Positions 34,001-47,769 of a DNA stretch of 64,000 bases are shown here, in pieces. Under the pieces are notes generated by a model. That model did not search any database and was not told the DNA's origin. It was given only the letters and a program-made list of their open reading frames with translations. A program made the translations under genes and the position numbers. The first letter of the stretch is position 1, and every line of letters starts with the position of its first letter. Origin of the DNA: Selaginella moellendorffii (Eukaryota; Plantae; Lycopodiophyta); the NCBI RefSeq assembly GCF_000143415.4, contig NW_003314358.1, positions 134,001-198,000 on the forward strand. The letters run 5' to 3'.

Positions 34001-35815
34001 TCCAAGACCAAGACCGAGACCAAAACCAAAACCAAAACCAAAACCGAGTGTGAATATAAACAAACAAGCGGGGTAGCTTGGTGAAATGTTCAAAAGCCGG
34101 CTTTAACTCCTCTAGGAGATCGAATTGCTGATGCTCCTAATTCAAATGTGGGCAACACTACCTACTTGAATACTTGGTGTGGCTCAATAGAACTTCACTC
34201 TAGCTTTATGACTAGAGTACCAAAAAGCGAAAGGTTGGGAGAGTACCCACGAGGCTTGTATAGGGCCATAAGGTTTTGAAATGTCGTCCCAAAGTCCCAG
34301 ATTGTGGAATGCAAGAGAAGAAATCCTTTAATATAGTGACTAAAGATACTGTCATATGGTTGTGAGACACAAATCCCTAAGCCCCAAAGTGGAGCCAAAA
34401 GGGTGTTATATGGTAGTGGCCAAAGTGAGAGCCAAACAAGCATAATACATTTGGATTAAAAGTTCTGACTTGAAAGGTCGAGAGCAGGAGTGGAATTCCC
34501 AATGAAGGGCTCGAGGAACAAGCACGAAGTGAGAAATAAGTGAGTCTCTAGAAAAGGGATATAAAAGGACCAACATATGACATGTGGAGGAGTTTGAGAT
34601 GGACCCGAGATGGAGTCCAAGATGGACCCGAGATGGAGTCCGAGATGGACACGAGATGGAGTTCGAGATGGAGTCCGAGATGGACCTGAGATGGAGTTCA
34701 AGATGGAGTCTGAGATGGAGTTCGAGATGGACCCGAGATGGAGTCCGAGATGAAGTCTGAGATGGAGTCTAAGATGGAGTTCGATACTGTAGGGGGTTCC
34801 AAAAGTATAGGAGGGAGAATGTGGGGGTTGGACCCAAGTGGAGCCAGTTTGGCTAGGAAAGGCCTGTTTGGCTCAGGAAGGTTGTACCCAAGTGTTGGGT
34901 GATGGGATAACCATTAGGAAGTCCAAAGCTAAAGTGAATATGGATTGACAAGCGGGGTAACTTGGTGAAGTGTTCAAAAGCTAGCTTTAGTTCCCCCGGG
35001 AGATTGAATGGTCGATGCTCTCCCAGTCCAACTATGGGTGGCACTACCTACTTGGATACCTATCGTGGCTCAATGGAACCTTGCTCTAAGCCCATGGCTA
35101 GAGCACCCAAAGGTGGAAGGCGAATAGAGTATCCACAAGGCTCGTGTAAGGCCACGGTGTTCCGAAATGTTGTCCCAAAGTCCCAGACTATGAAAAGGAA
35201 GAGGAGTAATCCTCTAGTGTAATGACCAAGGATATGGTCATATGGTAAAGAAGTTCTAGAGGACCGTGGGACTTAGGGGTTGGGCCTGTGGGCCTTGATC
35301 CAGTGGCAGTGTTGGAGAACACAGCCATGGATAGAAAAGGACTTAGTGGGGACCGGAAAAGGGATATTGGGGAAAGCTATTCCCTATATCTGTGGGCATC
35401 CTAAGAATGTTAAGGAGTGGATCTAGGATGATCACTCATGGACGGATGGCCCAATCTTTGAGAGACGGGATTGTGATGTAAGTGGTGTTAGACCACCGAT
35501 GTGACCAAAGTGAAGGGGCATGGCCTTAGCATAATGGATTAATATGTCGATGGTACATTGGGGTGTTGATCATGGGATCGGATATGTGGAGCACTTGGAC
35601 CAAGTGCAAAGGTTGAGTGGCATGGATGCCATTCTTGGGGTTGGCAAGCCCCAAGTCCTGAATTGAATTTATAGAGGTTGTGGATGAAACTCCTCCAAGT
35701 GGTTGGAGATGTGGTTAAGTGACTAAAGTAGAATAGAAAAATTAGTTGCTTACAATTTGGTATTGGAGCTATTCCTTAATCCGACTTTTATTGGTGCTCA
35801 AGTATATCACCACTA

Positions 35816-36949
35816 TGTAAGCCACAAATTTTTCCTTTCCAATTTGCCAGCTTATCTCGTCTATCCGTCCGACACTGCCTTGGTTTTTGCTAAGTTCCCT
35901 CGCCAAGGTTCTCGCCTATGGTACCAACTCCTACTTGGTCCTACTTGGTTTTAGCTACTCACTGCACGAGCAACGGAGTGTTAGCCATCCATCCACGGAT
36001 TCCCAATCTCTCACAATCCCCCTCCCCGGGTTAGACTGGACTTAAGGTTCAGCTACACTCCTTGCAAGCACAAGTAGCCAAGCACACCAAACTTCCAGGT
36101 TCCTAACATCCCTTGGTACCACAAGATTTGATCATGGGACCCTCTAAATCCCAAGTCTTGAGTGCAACACTTGCTTCGGGACGCTAGGGCGAAACACCGT
36201 GGCCTAGCGGCCTGGTATGGGTACCTCTACCCCCCCTTTTCCATCCTGAAAGAAGGCCCAAGCCCCTAGGAAGGGTGAGGACCAATGAGCCGTATGGTAC
36301 TCAAGTGGGGCACCACTCCACATGAGCCGGGAGCACCGCAATCGGTTTCCCTTTCGGGAGTGGGAGCTGCTTTTGAGCACTTCCTTGGATGGCCCCTCCG
36401 GCACCAACCAAGTCCATACTCACTTCCACCCAAGGCCCCTCAGTCCCAGTCTCAACCTCAAGTTAGTTTGGAAGCCCCACTGGAGAGTCCCTTCAAAACT
36501 GGTTCCTGGACCTCACTATCCCTACTATACTTTTGGAACCCCCCCCCCTGGGAGACGCACGCTTTGGGCTTTCACCCCTTGACCCGTATTAGTATTTGGA
36601 CTTAGTCTCTGGCTCGATCTCGGACTCGATTTCGGATCCGACTTCGGATTCGGTCTCGGACTCGATCTCGGACTCGATCTTGGACCCGATCTCGGACCCG
36701 ACCTCGGACTCGACCTCGGACTCGGTCTCGGACCCGATTTTGGATCTTGGACTCCGTCTCGAACTCGGTCTCGAACTCGGTCCCCAAGTCGGCCTCGAAC
36801 TCGATTGTGAACTCTATCTCGAACTCGGTCTCAGAGTCGGTCTTGGACTCGATCTTCGACTTGGTCCCATCCGATGAACTCTTTGTCATTTTGGTCATGC
36901 TTTCGGGGTTCCTTTAGCCTACAACACCTCGGCGAGTTGGTTCCTTACA
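35816..36949. mobile_element. Solo LTR of a related but distinct family; TSD CACTA
   Basis: TGTAAG...CTTACA termini; CACTA at 35811-35815 and 36950-36954; contains a CTCGGA-type array; host sequence resumes seamlessly. Confidence 0.85.
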
Positions 36950-39900
36950 CACTAGTGTTGGCATCGAAAGGGCTTAGGAGTGGGCTTAACCTTGAGAAGT
37001 AGCAAGTCAGGAAGACATGGCTCTCCACTACAGTTCATGTGTGAACTTGTAAGTGAGGTGGTGGATAGAAAAGGGCTAATAATGGAACGACTTCAGGATC
37101 TTGGGAACAGTATAAAGTTTTCCTTAGAGAGTTGAGGATATAATCTAAATGAGCATTTGACTTAGCAAACTGGCTAATGTAGTTGTGGTAAACAACTATT
37201 GTTGGGATCATGATAAAGATAGAGATTCCAAAATAATAAAGGAATCACAAGATTATCCTCATATAGTTGAGGTTGGTGCTCATGAATTTGAGACTGGAAT
37301 TAATGACCGTGAAGGGTCAAATACGAATAAGGACACGAGTCCTTGAAATGGTAGTTGAGGCTACCTTTTATAAATGCTGCAACAAACCTAAGGAATTGGG
37401 GGTGTGCTTAGAGGATGAGTCGGTATTCTCATCATATAGACATATAGTTCTAAGGGGTAAAGGTAGCCCACAAAGAATGAAAAATAATCAAGTGGTAGAG
37501 TAATACTTGCATGAATGGTCTTTATAGGTAGGACATGAATACAAGAAGTTGTATTCTAACGAGCTGGCACATAAAAAATGGGATTTTATAGGTCGTCGGA
37601 TTAGTGAAGTCCAAAAAGCTAGATGACTCGAATGGAGTCAATGAATGGTCCTAAAGGACTAGTGGAAGCATTTGGATTGAGATGTGTTGTACCCCATGAA
37701 GGATGGGGAAGATTATAAAATCCAAATATGAGAATAGTGGACATCTTATTGATGGCAAAATATGCCATACTAAAGTCGTGGGAAAGAGGTTCCCAAAAGA
37801 AAGTAACTTTAACACAAAGTTATGTGTAAACTATATGGTGCAGTGCAAATGGATAGTTAGCATGAAAAACAATTATATTGGTCTTGGCAAAGACCTAGAC
37901 ACAAGTAAAAAGTGTCATAAAGGTAGGTTTGTGGAGCTAATGGTGTGGAAACACCGAATATGCCAAGGCGTGATGCCTTGAGGTTAAGTTAGTGGGTTCA
38001 TGAGAACCCCTTCCCAAAAGAATTTTAATGGAAATGAGAATGGCATAGCCTAAGTTAGAAGGCATGTAGTTGGAGTGTGGTGATCCAAATAATGATGAAG
38101 GTGCGAAAGCACCAGCAATGAGTTGTAGGACTTGACAACTATAAAGCAACTAAACAAAAGGTGCAAAATAATTAGTTAAATTGGTAAAAGATAGCTACCC
38201 AAGACTTCTTAATGGCATAAGAAAGTTAGATATACCCTTATGGGGGATAAATTGATTATGTTGCAATATAGTAAGTCAATGTTGTAAAAAGGAATGCTTA
38301 TTGTCAAAGAGGCTATCATTATGACACTTAAACATTCTAGAACACCAAAAGGTTGTGTTTAGTGTCGCGAGGGCAATAGATAAGGCCTAAGGGACTAAGT
38401 CCCCTAGTGAATGATGGATAGAAGGTGCTATCCAAACGTCCAAAATTGCAGAGACGGGAAAAGATTGTTTACCTGAATTGGACAAAGCCAAAAATGGAAT
38501 TTTGGCAAGGTTAGTGATAAACATATAAAGGCTCATAACTAGCAACATTAATCTCAGTGTGTGGGATTATAAAGTGAGCATACCTGGATTGAGGAACCAC
38601 TCCCTAGGCTATTAGGTGAGTTCATCCCTAAGAATACTTGCTAAGGCATAGTAGAAAGTGCAAAGTTATCCTCCTAGTTTAGAGGAGAATAACCAAATGA
38701 AATGTGTGAGGCCAAAAGCAAGTAGTAAAATGATAGAACCAAACCATAGAAATCAAAGGGCATATCCAAGGGTAGTTATGCAAGTTGGGAGTGGAGAATC
38801 AAGTGGGCATTTAAGCATGTTGTTATTAGCAACTGTGGTGCCATGAAGAGTCTAAAGCATAGAATTGTCTATGTTAAACCATATGGCAATTAGAAAGTTT
38901 GTGAAATGAGAGGCCTTAGCAAGCTAAGGGATAAAGTTCTTTCAAGGTTCCCAAAAACAATTCTAGGTAACTTAATACCTAGAAAGCCAAGCATAAATAG
39001 TTCAAAGAACACACAAAATCAAAGTGGTGCAGTAGAAGTGTGATCTTAAAGCTTGCCATAAGGCAATGCTATCAAGGTTGAGGAAGTAGTTCCCAAGTGT
39101 TCAAAGGGATGAATTTGAACAAAAGTCGATGGTCAGGGACTTTCACACTTACGCATGAACCATGTTACGGTGGTTGGATGACTTGCTAAGCGAGATTGGC
39201 AAGTCAGAGGAACAAATACCCTAGTTGAAGGTGCTAACTTTAAAAAGGATGGCCCATAGGGCCAATCATGGAGGAGTCCATGCATGATCACAGATTTGTC
39301 AAGTGAAAAGACTTGGCAGTGCGGAGGAACGAGGTTCCTAAGTTGTGATCTGTAACGCGCTTTAAGTATAAGTTGGTGCACTAACGTAGGAAGTCATGTT
39401 AGGCATCTTGTATAATGCCATCCGTAGATGCATATACGGAGGTTGGGTTCGAGTCCCAACCCTCTAGTGCTTGGGTTTGAGTCTCAACTCACTAGGGCAC
39501 ACTCATTTTTTGATGGTCATGGACTCGTAGTAAAAAGACTAGTTTGGGCACACCACCAAGCGGGGGATGCCCCGGAGTCGTGATGCACAGTTAGATTGCT
39601 TAGTGTGAAATCTTGACATATCTAACTTGAATACTTTGGTGCAAGTGGCACCAAAGACAATGAGATGGGGACACTCAGTCTCAATTGCTATGGACCCTTG
39701 GCTAGAAGGGCTGGCTTGGGTGTATTGCCAAGTGTGGGGGATGCCCCCAGGATCATAGTTAACAACTAAAAGGTCTGAAAGACTTAATAGCTATTGGCAA
39801 ATCTATTAAGGTGCCAAAATGAGATTATTGAGTGATCTTGTGGCTAAATAAGGACAAGATCTTTGTTTAGGTAAGAAATAAGGTTCCTAATTCAAAATAT

Positions 39901-42900
39901 TGATTTGAACTAATGATAATGGTGTGGCTTGGTCAAGATGATCAAGTGGGAAGAACATTTAGAAATGAGCTATGTCAATGTGATGGCATAATGAGTCTAA
40001 AAAAAGTAATCTCTATGAGAGACTTATAGGAGGGTCACAAAGTTGGGCCATGGATGGGGCCCATAGTAGAAAATGCTAAAGAGACCTATCAAGGGTGAGC
40101 ACCCTCTGGACTTGGCAAAGTGGAGATTTTGCCATGAAACCGAAAGAATACCTTAAGGATGGAGGTAGTGATCATATATTGTTTGGTGCAACAATCAATG
40201 GATAGGAGCAAAAGACTAATGGCTAAGTTTAGGCCATGGGATTCATTAAAAAGAATCCAAATGGCAAAGTTAGTTGAGGAACACAAATATATTAGATGCT
40301 AATAGATTGTGGGAAAGGAAGTGTGCTTCCAAAGATGAATTCCCAAATGCTCCAATTTGGTGAAATGAAAGCTCCAAAGTAGGGAGTGGCAAAGTAGCCA
40401 AATGATAGGGCCGTGAACAGCCCTAGTAAAAATTATAATAACTGGAACTTAATGCCAAAGATGGCAAGAAATAGAAAAGAGGATGATGGTGTCCTCAAGT
40501 AGAGAACTTCCTAGAAGTGGAATATGTCGGAGACACCCAGGAACAATATGATCAATGCAAATGTCAGAGACACCGAGGAAATTGATTTTGAGAAGTCAAA
40601 AATTAAAAGTTCCAAAGTGCAAAGGTTATATAATTGGAAACCAAGATTACTCGAGAATGAATACTGGGATTGATAAAGAGAAGGTGTCTCTAACAGGTTT
40701 AGCGAGAACTAAATCAATAAAAAGAAGAGAACCACCATAAATGGTCAAATGAGTCTCTAAGTTGATATAAGCGACTAGTTTTTTCCATTTTACTTTAGTC
40801 ACTTAACCGCACCTCTGACCACTTGGAGGAGTCTCATTCACAACTTCCATAAGTCCCAGTTAGGATTTGGGGCTTGCTAGCCCCGAGAATGGCATCCATG
40901 CCACCCCACCTTTGCACTTGGTCCAAGTGCTTCACGTGTCCGATCCCATAACTGACACTCCAAGGTACCACCAACATATCGGCCTATTACGCTAAGGCCA
41001 TGCCCATTCACCTTGGTCACACCGGTGGTCTAACACCACCTGCATCATAGTCCCGTCCCTCAAAGACTAGGCCATCCGTCCGTGAGTGATCATCCCAAAT
41101 CTACTCTTTAGTGTCCTTAGGATGCCCACAGGCATGGGAAATAGCCTTCCCCGACAACTCTTTTCTAGTCCCCACCAAGTCTCTTTTTGTCCATGGCCGT
41201 GTTCGCCAACACTGCCACTAGATTAAGGCCTGCAGGCCCGACCTCTAAGTCCCACTAGCCTTTGGGACTTCCTCACCATGTGACCATATCCTTGGTCACT
41301 GCACTAGAGGACTGCTCCTCTCCCCTTTCACCATTTGGGACTTTGGGACAACATTTCGGAACACCGTGGCCTTACGCCAGCCTCATGGGTACTCTCCCCG
41401 CCTTTCGCCTTTAGGTGCTCTAGCCATAGGCTTAGAGTGAGGTTCCGTTGAGCCACGTCAGGTATCCAAGTAGGTAGTGCCACCCACACTTGGATTGGGA
41501 GCATCGGCCAGTCGATCTCTCGGGGGAACTAGAGCCGGCTCTTGAACACTTCACCAAGCTACCCCATTTGTCGGTCCGTGTTCACTTTAGTCTTGGACTT
41601 CCCAGTGGGCAGCTCATCACCCAACACTGGGTCCGGCCTTCCTGGGTCAAACTGGCCTTTCCTGGCCAAACTGGCTCCACTGCAGTCCTCCCCCTACTAT
41701 ACTTTTGGAGCTCACCAAACCCCCCAGGGTCTGCGAGACGAACGCTTTGGGCTTTCACCCTCTCAAACTCGAACTCGGACTTGGACTCGAACTCGAACTC
41801 AAACTCGGACTCGGACTTGGACTCGGACTCGGGCTCGGGCTCGGTCTCGGCCTCGGCCTCGACCTCGGTCTCGGTCTCGGTCCTGATCTTGGTCTCGGTC
41901 TCGGTCCCGGTCTCGGTCCCGGTCCCGGTCCTGGTCTCGGTCTCAACTTCGGACTCCATCTCGGGTCCATCTCGAACTCCATCTCGGACTCCATCTCGGA
42001 CTCCATCTCGGGTCCATCTCGGACTCCACCTCGGGTCCATCTTGGACTCCACCTCGGGTCCATCTCGGACTCCATTTCGGACTCCATCTCGGGTCCATCT
42101 CGGACTCCATCTTGGACTCCATCTCGGGTCCATTTCAGGTCCACCTCGGACTCCACCTCGGACTCCATTTCGGGGTCCTTCTTGGACACTTCCACGTGTC
42201 ATGTGTTGGTCCTTTTAGGTCCTTTTTTGGAGCCTCGCTTAGTTGTGATGCCGTCCGTAGATGCATATACGGAGGTTGGGTTCGAGTCCCGACCCTCTAA
42301 TGCTTGGGTTCGAGTCCCAATTCACTAGGGTGTGGTGATGGTTTGGAATATGAGGACACTCATATTTCGGTGGTTATGGACTCTCAGTGGGGAGATTGGT
42401 TTGGGCACACCGCCAAGCGAAAGATGCCTCGGAGTCGTGATGCACGGTTAGATTGCTTAGTGTGAAAGCTCAGCATATCTAACTTGAACACTTTGGTGCA
42501 AGTGGCACCAAGGACGTGGTGAATGAGATGGGGACACCCAGTCTTAGTTGCCATGGACCCTTGGCCGAAAGGGCTGGTTTGGGTGCACCGCCAAATGTGG
42601 GGGATGCCCTCGGGGTCATGGTCAACAACTTAAAGGTCTGGAAGACCTAGCACCCATTGGCAAACCTGTTAAGGTGCCAAGGTTGGATCACTAGGTGATC
42701 TTGTGGCCAAAAACAAGGACAACGTCCTTGTGAGGTTAAGGGATAAAGTTCCAAGTTCAAAGTGTTGATTGGAATTATTGATGATGGTGTGGTTTGGTCA
42801 AGGTGACCAAGTGGGAGGAACACCTAAGGGAAATGAGCTATGTCAATGCGATGGCATAATAAGTCCAAGGAAAGTAGTCTCCATTAGAGATCCATCGAAG

Positions 42901-45532
42901 GGTCTCAAAGTTGGGACATAATAGAGCCCATAACAGAAAATGCTAAGAAGACGTACTAGGGGTGAACACCCTCTAGACTTGGAAAAACAAAGTCTTTGCT
43001 ATGGAAATGAAAGGATACCTCGAGAATAGAGGTGACGATCCTGTGTTGCGTGGTGCAACAATCAAGGATAGGAACAAAAGACTAGTGGCTAAAAAAAGGG
43101 CCATGGGAATCATGGGATAGAAGCCAAATGGCAAAGTTAGTCCAAGAACACTAAGGTGTTGGATGCTAACAGATTATTGGAAAGCAATGTGTTTCCAAGG
43201 ATAGGTTCCCAATTGCTCCGATTTTGCGAAGAGGGAAGCTCCAAGGGATGGAGTGGTAAAGTAGCCAAATGATAGGGCCATAGACGGCCCTAGCACAAAT
43301 TACGATAGCTAGAATTTAGTGCCAAGGGTGGCACGATATCAAAGAGAGGATGATGGTGCCCTCAAATAAAGAACTTTCTAGGACGGGAAGTGGAGTTGCA
43401 CCATGTGCAACGTAAGGTGTTAGAGACACCTAGGAAATTGACTCTGAGAAGTCAAAATTAAAAGGTTCCAAAGTGCAAGGGTTATATCGATGGAAAGTGA
43501 GACCACTCAAGAATGAGTAGTGGGATTGAGTTAGAGAAGGTGTCCCTAAGAAGTTTAGTGAGAACTAAATCAATAAAAAGGAGAGAACCACCACAAGTGG
43601 TCCAATCAGTCTCTAAGTTGGAGAGACTACACTCCTTAGAGGATGGGGAAGGCATGGTGAGCTTTCAATATCAGACCATTGACGAATATTGGCGAGGGGC
43701 CAAGGATGGAAACGGTAATACAAGTTGGTATTACTTTATAAAATAGTTTATCGTTCGATGAGGACATCGAACTTCGTCTATGGGTGGTGGAGTTGTGAGA
43801 CACAAAATCCCTAGGCCCCAAAGTGGAGCCGAAAGGGTGCCACGTGGTAGTGGCCGAAGCGAAAGCCAAACGAGCGTAACACATTTGGACTAAAAGCTCA
43901 AACTTGAAAAGGTCGAGAGTGGGAGTGGAACTCCCAACGAAGTGCTCGAGGAATGCCTGGCGTGACTTCCCACGCCGGTGCACCAACTTATATTTAAAGC
44001 GCGCTACAGATCATAGCTTAGGAACCTAGTTCCTCCGCACTGCCAAGTCCTTTCACTTGACAAACCTATGATCATGCATGGACTCCTCCATGCTCGGCCC
44101 CATGGGCCACCCCTTTGAAGTTGGCTCCTTCAACTAGGGTATTCGTTCCCCCCGACTCGCCAATCTCACTTAACAAGTCATCCGGCCACCGTAACATGGT
44201 TCATGCATAAGCGTGAAAGTCCTTAACCATCGACTTTCGTTCAAAGCCCTCTCTTTGAACACTCAGGAACTACTTCCCTAATCTTGCTAGCCTCACCTCA
44301 TGGCAAGCTTCAAGACCACGCTTCTGCTGCGCCACTCTGATTTCGCGCATTCTATGAACCATTTACACTTGGCTGACTAGGTACTTATCTACCTAGGGGA
44401 ACGTTCAAGGAACTCTGTTCTTTAGCTTGCTAAGGTCTCTCCTTTCGCAAGCTTTCCAATTACCATATAGTCTAACATGGATAATCCCATGCTTTAGACT
44501 CTCCATGGCATCCCGGCCGCTAATAACAACATGCTTGAGCACCCACTTGATTCTCCACTCCCAACTTGCATAACCACCCTTGGTCATACCTGTCAATTCC
44601 TATGGTTCGATTCTATTCTTATATTACTTGCTTTTTGGCCTCATACAATTCCTTCGGTTATTCTCCTCCAGACTAGGAAGATAGCTTTGCACTTTCTACC
44701 ATGCCTTAGCAAGTATTCATAAGGATGAAGTTACTCGACTGCCTAGGGAGTGGTTCCTCAATCCGGGTTTGCTCACCTTGTAATCCCATATACTAGGATT
44801 ACCATTGCTACTTATGGGCTTTCATATGCCCATCACTAGCCCCGCCAAAATCCCGTCTTTGGCTTTGTCCGATTTGGGTAGACGGACTTCTCCCATCACC
44901 GCAACCTTGGACATTTGGATAGCACCTCCTATCCATTATTCGCTAGGGACTTTGTCCCTTGGGCATTATCCATTGCCCTCATAACACCAAACACCACCTT
45001 CTGGTGTTCTAGAGTGTTTGGGTGTCCCAATGATGGCCTCTCTGACAATGAGCATTCCCCTTTCGACATTAACTTACTATATCGCAACATAAACAATTTA
45101 CCCCCCATAAGGGTATATTTAACTTCCTTATCCCAATAAAAAGTCTTAAGTAATTGCCTCCTACCAGTTTAACGAATTATTTTGCATCTTTTGCTTAGTG
45201 TAAGCGACTAATTTTTCCATTCTAGTTTAGTCACTTAACCACACTTCTGACCACTTGGAGGAGTCTCATTCACAACCTCCATAAGTCCCATTCAGAACTT
45301 GCAACTTGTTAGCCCTGCGAATGGCATCCACACCACTCAACTTTTGCACTTGGCCCAAGTGCTCCACGTGTCCGATCCCATGACCGACACCCCAAGGTAC
45401 CACTGACATACCAGCCTATTATGCTAGGCCATGCCCATTCACCTTGGTCACATCGGTGGTGGTCCAACACCACCTGCATTACAATCCCATCTCTCAAAGA
45501 CTAGGCCATCCATCCATGAGTGGCTATCCCAG

Positions 45533-47180
45533 TGTAAGCGACTAATTTTTCCATTCTACTTTAGTCACTTAACCACACCTCCGACCACTTGGAGGAGTCT
45601 CATTCACAACCTCCATAAGTCCAATCCAGGACTTGGGACTTCCTAGCCCCGAGAATGGCATCCATGCCACTCAACATTTGCACTTGGTCCAAGTGCTCCA
45701 CGTGTCCGATCCCATGACCGACACTCAAAGGTACCACCGACATGGCAGCCCGTTACGCTAAGGCCATGCCCAATCACCTTTGCCACACTGGTAGTCCATT
45801 ACCACTTGCATCACAGTCTTGGCTATCCAAGACTAGGCAAACCATCCGTGAGTGGTCATCTAAGATCCACTCCTTAGCATCCTTAGGATGCCCACCGACA
45901 AGGGGAACAGCCTTCCCCAATATCCCTCTGTCAGTCCCCACTAAGTCCCTTTCTGCCCCTAGCCGTGTTTGCCAACACTGCCACTTGATCGACACCCACA
46001 GGCCCGACCACTAAGTCCCACGGTCCTCTGGGACTTCCTCACCATACGACGGTGTCCTTGGTCACTACCCCAGAGGACTGCTCCTCTTCCTTTCCACAGT
46101 CTGGGCCTTTGGGGCAACATTTCGAACACCGTGGCCTTTCGCGAGCCACCTGGGTACTCTCCTCGCCTTCTGCCCTTGGGTGCTCTAGCCATGGGCTTAG
46201 AGCGAGGTTCCGTTGAGCCACACTAGGTATCCAAGTAGGTAGTGCCACCCACACTTGGACTGGGAGCATCGGCCAGTCGATCTCCCGGGGGAACTAGAGC
46301 CGGCTCTTGAACACTTCACCAAGCTACCCCGCTTGTCGGTCCGTGTTCACTCTAGTCTTGGACTTCCCAGTGGTCAGCTCATCACCCAACACTGGGTCTG
46401 GCCTTCCTGGGCCAAACTGGCCTTTCCTAGCCAAACTGGCTCCACTGGGCTCCAACCCCCACACTCTCCCTACTATACTTTTGGAACCCCCCGCAGTCCC
46501 CCCCCCCCCCTGGGGGACGATCGCATTGGGCTTTCACCCAACTGCCTGTATTAGTATTCGGACTCGAACTCGGACTCGGACTCGGTCTCGGTCCCGGATT
46601 CGGACTTGGACTCGGTCTCGGTCTCGGACTCGGTCTCGGTCTCGGTCCCGGTCTCGGTTCCATCTCGGACTCCATCTCGGACTCCATCTCGGGTCCATCT
46701 CGGACTCCATCTCGGACTCCATCGACTCCATCTCGGGTCCATCTCGGACTCCATCTCGGGTCCATCTCGGTCCATCTCGGACTCCATCTCGCTCCATCTC
46801 GGACTCCATATCGGACTCCACATCGGACTCCACATCGGACTCCATATCGGACTCCATATCGGACTCCATCTCGGACTCCATCTCGGACTCCATATCGGAC
46901 TCCACTTCGGGTCCATCTCGAACTCCATTTCGGACTCCATCTCGGACTCCATATCGGACTCCATCTCGGGTCCACCTCGGGTCCCTTTTTGGAGCTTCGC
47001 TTATTGCTCGCTTCATGCTCGTTCGTCGAGCACTTTGTCGGGAGTTCCACTCCCGCTCTCGACCTTTCAAGTCGGAGCTTTTAGTCCAAACGTGTTACGC
47101 TCGTTCGGTTTTCGCTTCGGCCACTACCACGTGGCGCCCTTCCAGCTCCACTTTGGGGCCTAGGGATTTTGTGTGTCACA
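45533..47180 (-). mobile_element. Solo LTR (copy F) of the same family inserted into the 3' LTR of E; TSD CCCAG
   Basis: CCCAG precedes TGTAAGCG at 45533 and follows GTCACA at 47180; the uninterrupted site is visible in the sister LTR at ~52531-52560. Confidence 0.9.
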
Positions 47181-47199
47181 CCCAGATCCACTCCATAGC

Positions 47200-47769
47200 T
47201 GTAAGCTCCTGAGTTTGGACTTCCCGGGAGGTCACCCAGTCCAGTACTATTCAAACCCAAGGACGCTTAACCCCAAGTATCCCAAGACCCTTGACCGATT
47301 GGAAAAAGGGGTGCACTCTTGTTCATGGGCCCTTTCCCTCTATATTTGAACCCCAACGGATCGTCTTTCGAGTCGTTCCTTTTGGTTGCTTAAAATCCAC
47401 CATGCTTCCCTGCAAGTTCACGCCCTCGTGAATGGAAGCTGAGAGCCGCAGCTCTCCCAAGAGCCTCACTCTCTTGACACCCTACCCCTCGGGTAAAGCC
47501 CAGCGGGAGCAAACTGGACCAGCCAGATGTCAATCAACATGTGGTGTGATTCCCAAGACCCCTCTGATACCAAATGTAAGCTCCTGAGTTTGGACTTCCC
47601 GGGAGGTCACCCAACCTAGTACTATTCAAACCCAAGGACGCTTAACCACAAGTATCCCAAAACCCTTGACCGATTGGAAAAGGGGGTGCACTCTTGTTCA
47701 TGGGCCCTTTCCCTCTATATTTGAACCCCAACGGATCATCTCTCGAATCGTTCCCTTTGTTTGCTTACA
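47200..47769 (-). mobile_element. Complete Cassandra-type TRIM (570 bp) with 5S rRNA-derived LTRs; TSD ATAGC
   Basis: LTRs 47200-47394 and 47575-47769; PBS TGGTATCAGAG (47572-47562); purine-rich tract next to 47395. Each LTR carries, on -, GGTTAAGCGTCCTTGGGTTTGAATAGTACT.G..TGGGTGACCTCCCGGGAAGTCC, matching the plant 5S A-box/IE/C-box region. Confidence 0.92.

Noticed and set aside
35811-35815. CACTA as a CACTA-transposon terminus
   Set aside because: It is a direct 5-bp duplication flanking a TG...CA solo LTR, so a TSD.
43513-43746. Possible decayed chromodomain or integrase tail before the PPT
   Set aside because: Only a vague W..G...W spacing; frames are not preserved between copies, so it is unsupported without a profile search.
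46660-46985. CRISPR-like appearance of the repeat arrays
   Set aside because: Contiguous short units with no unique spacers, no cas genes, and a eukaryotic LTR context.
47217-47272. 5S rRNA gene
   Set aside because: Only the internal ~56 nt is present, embedded in TRIM LTRs.
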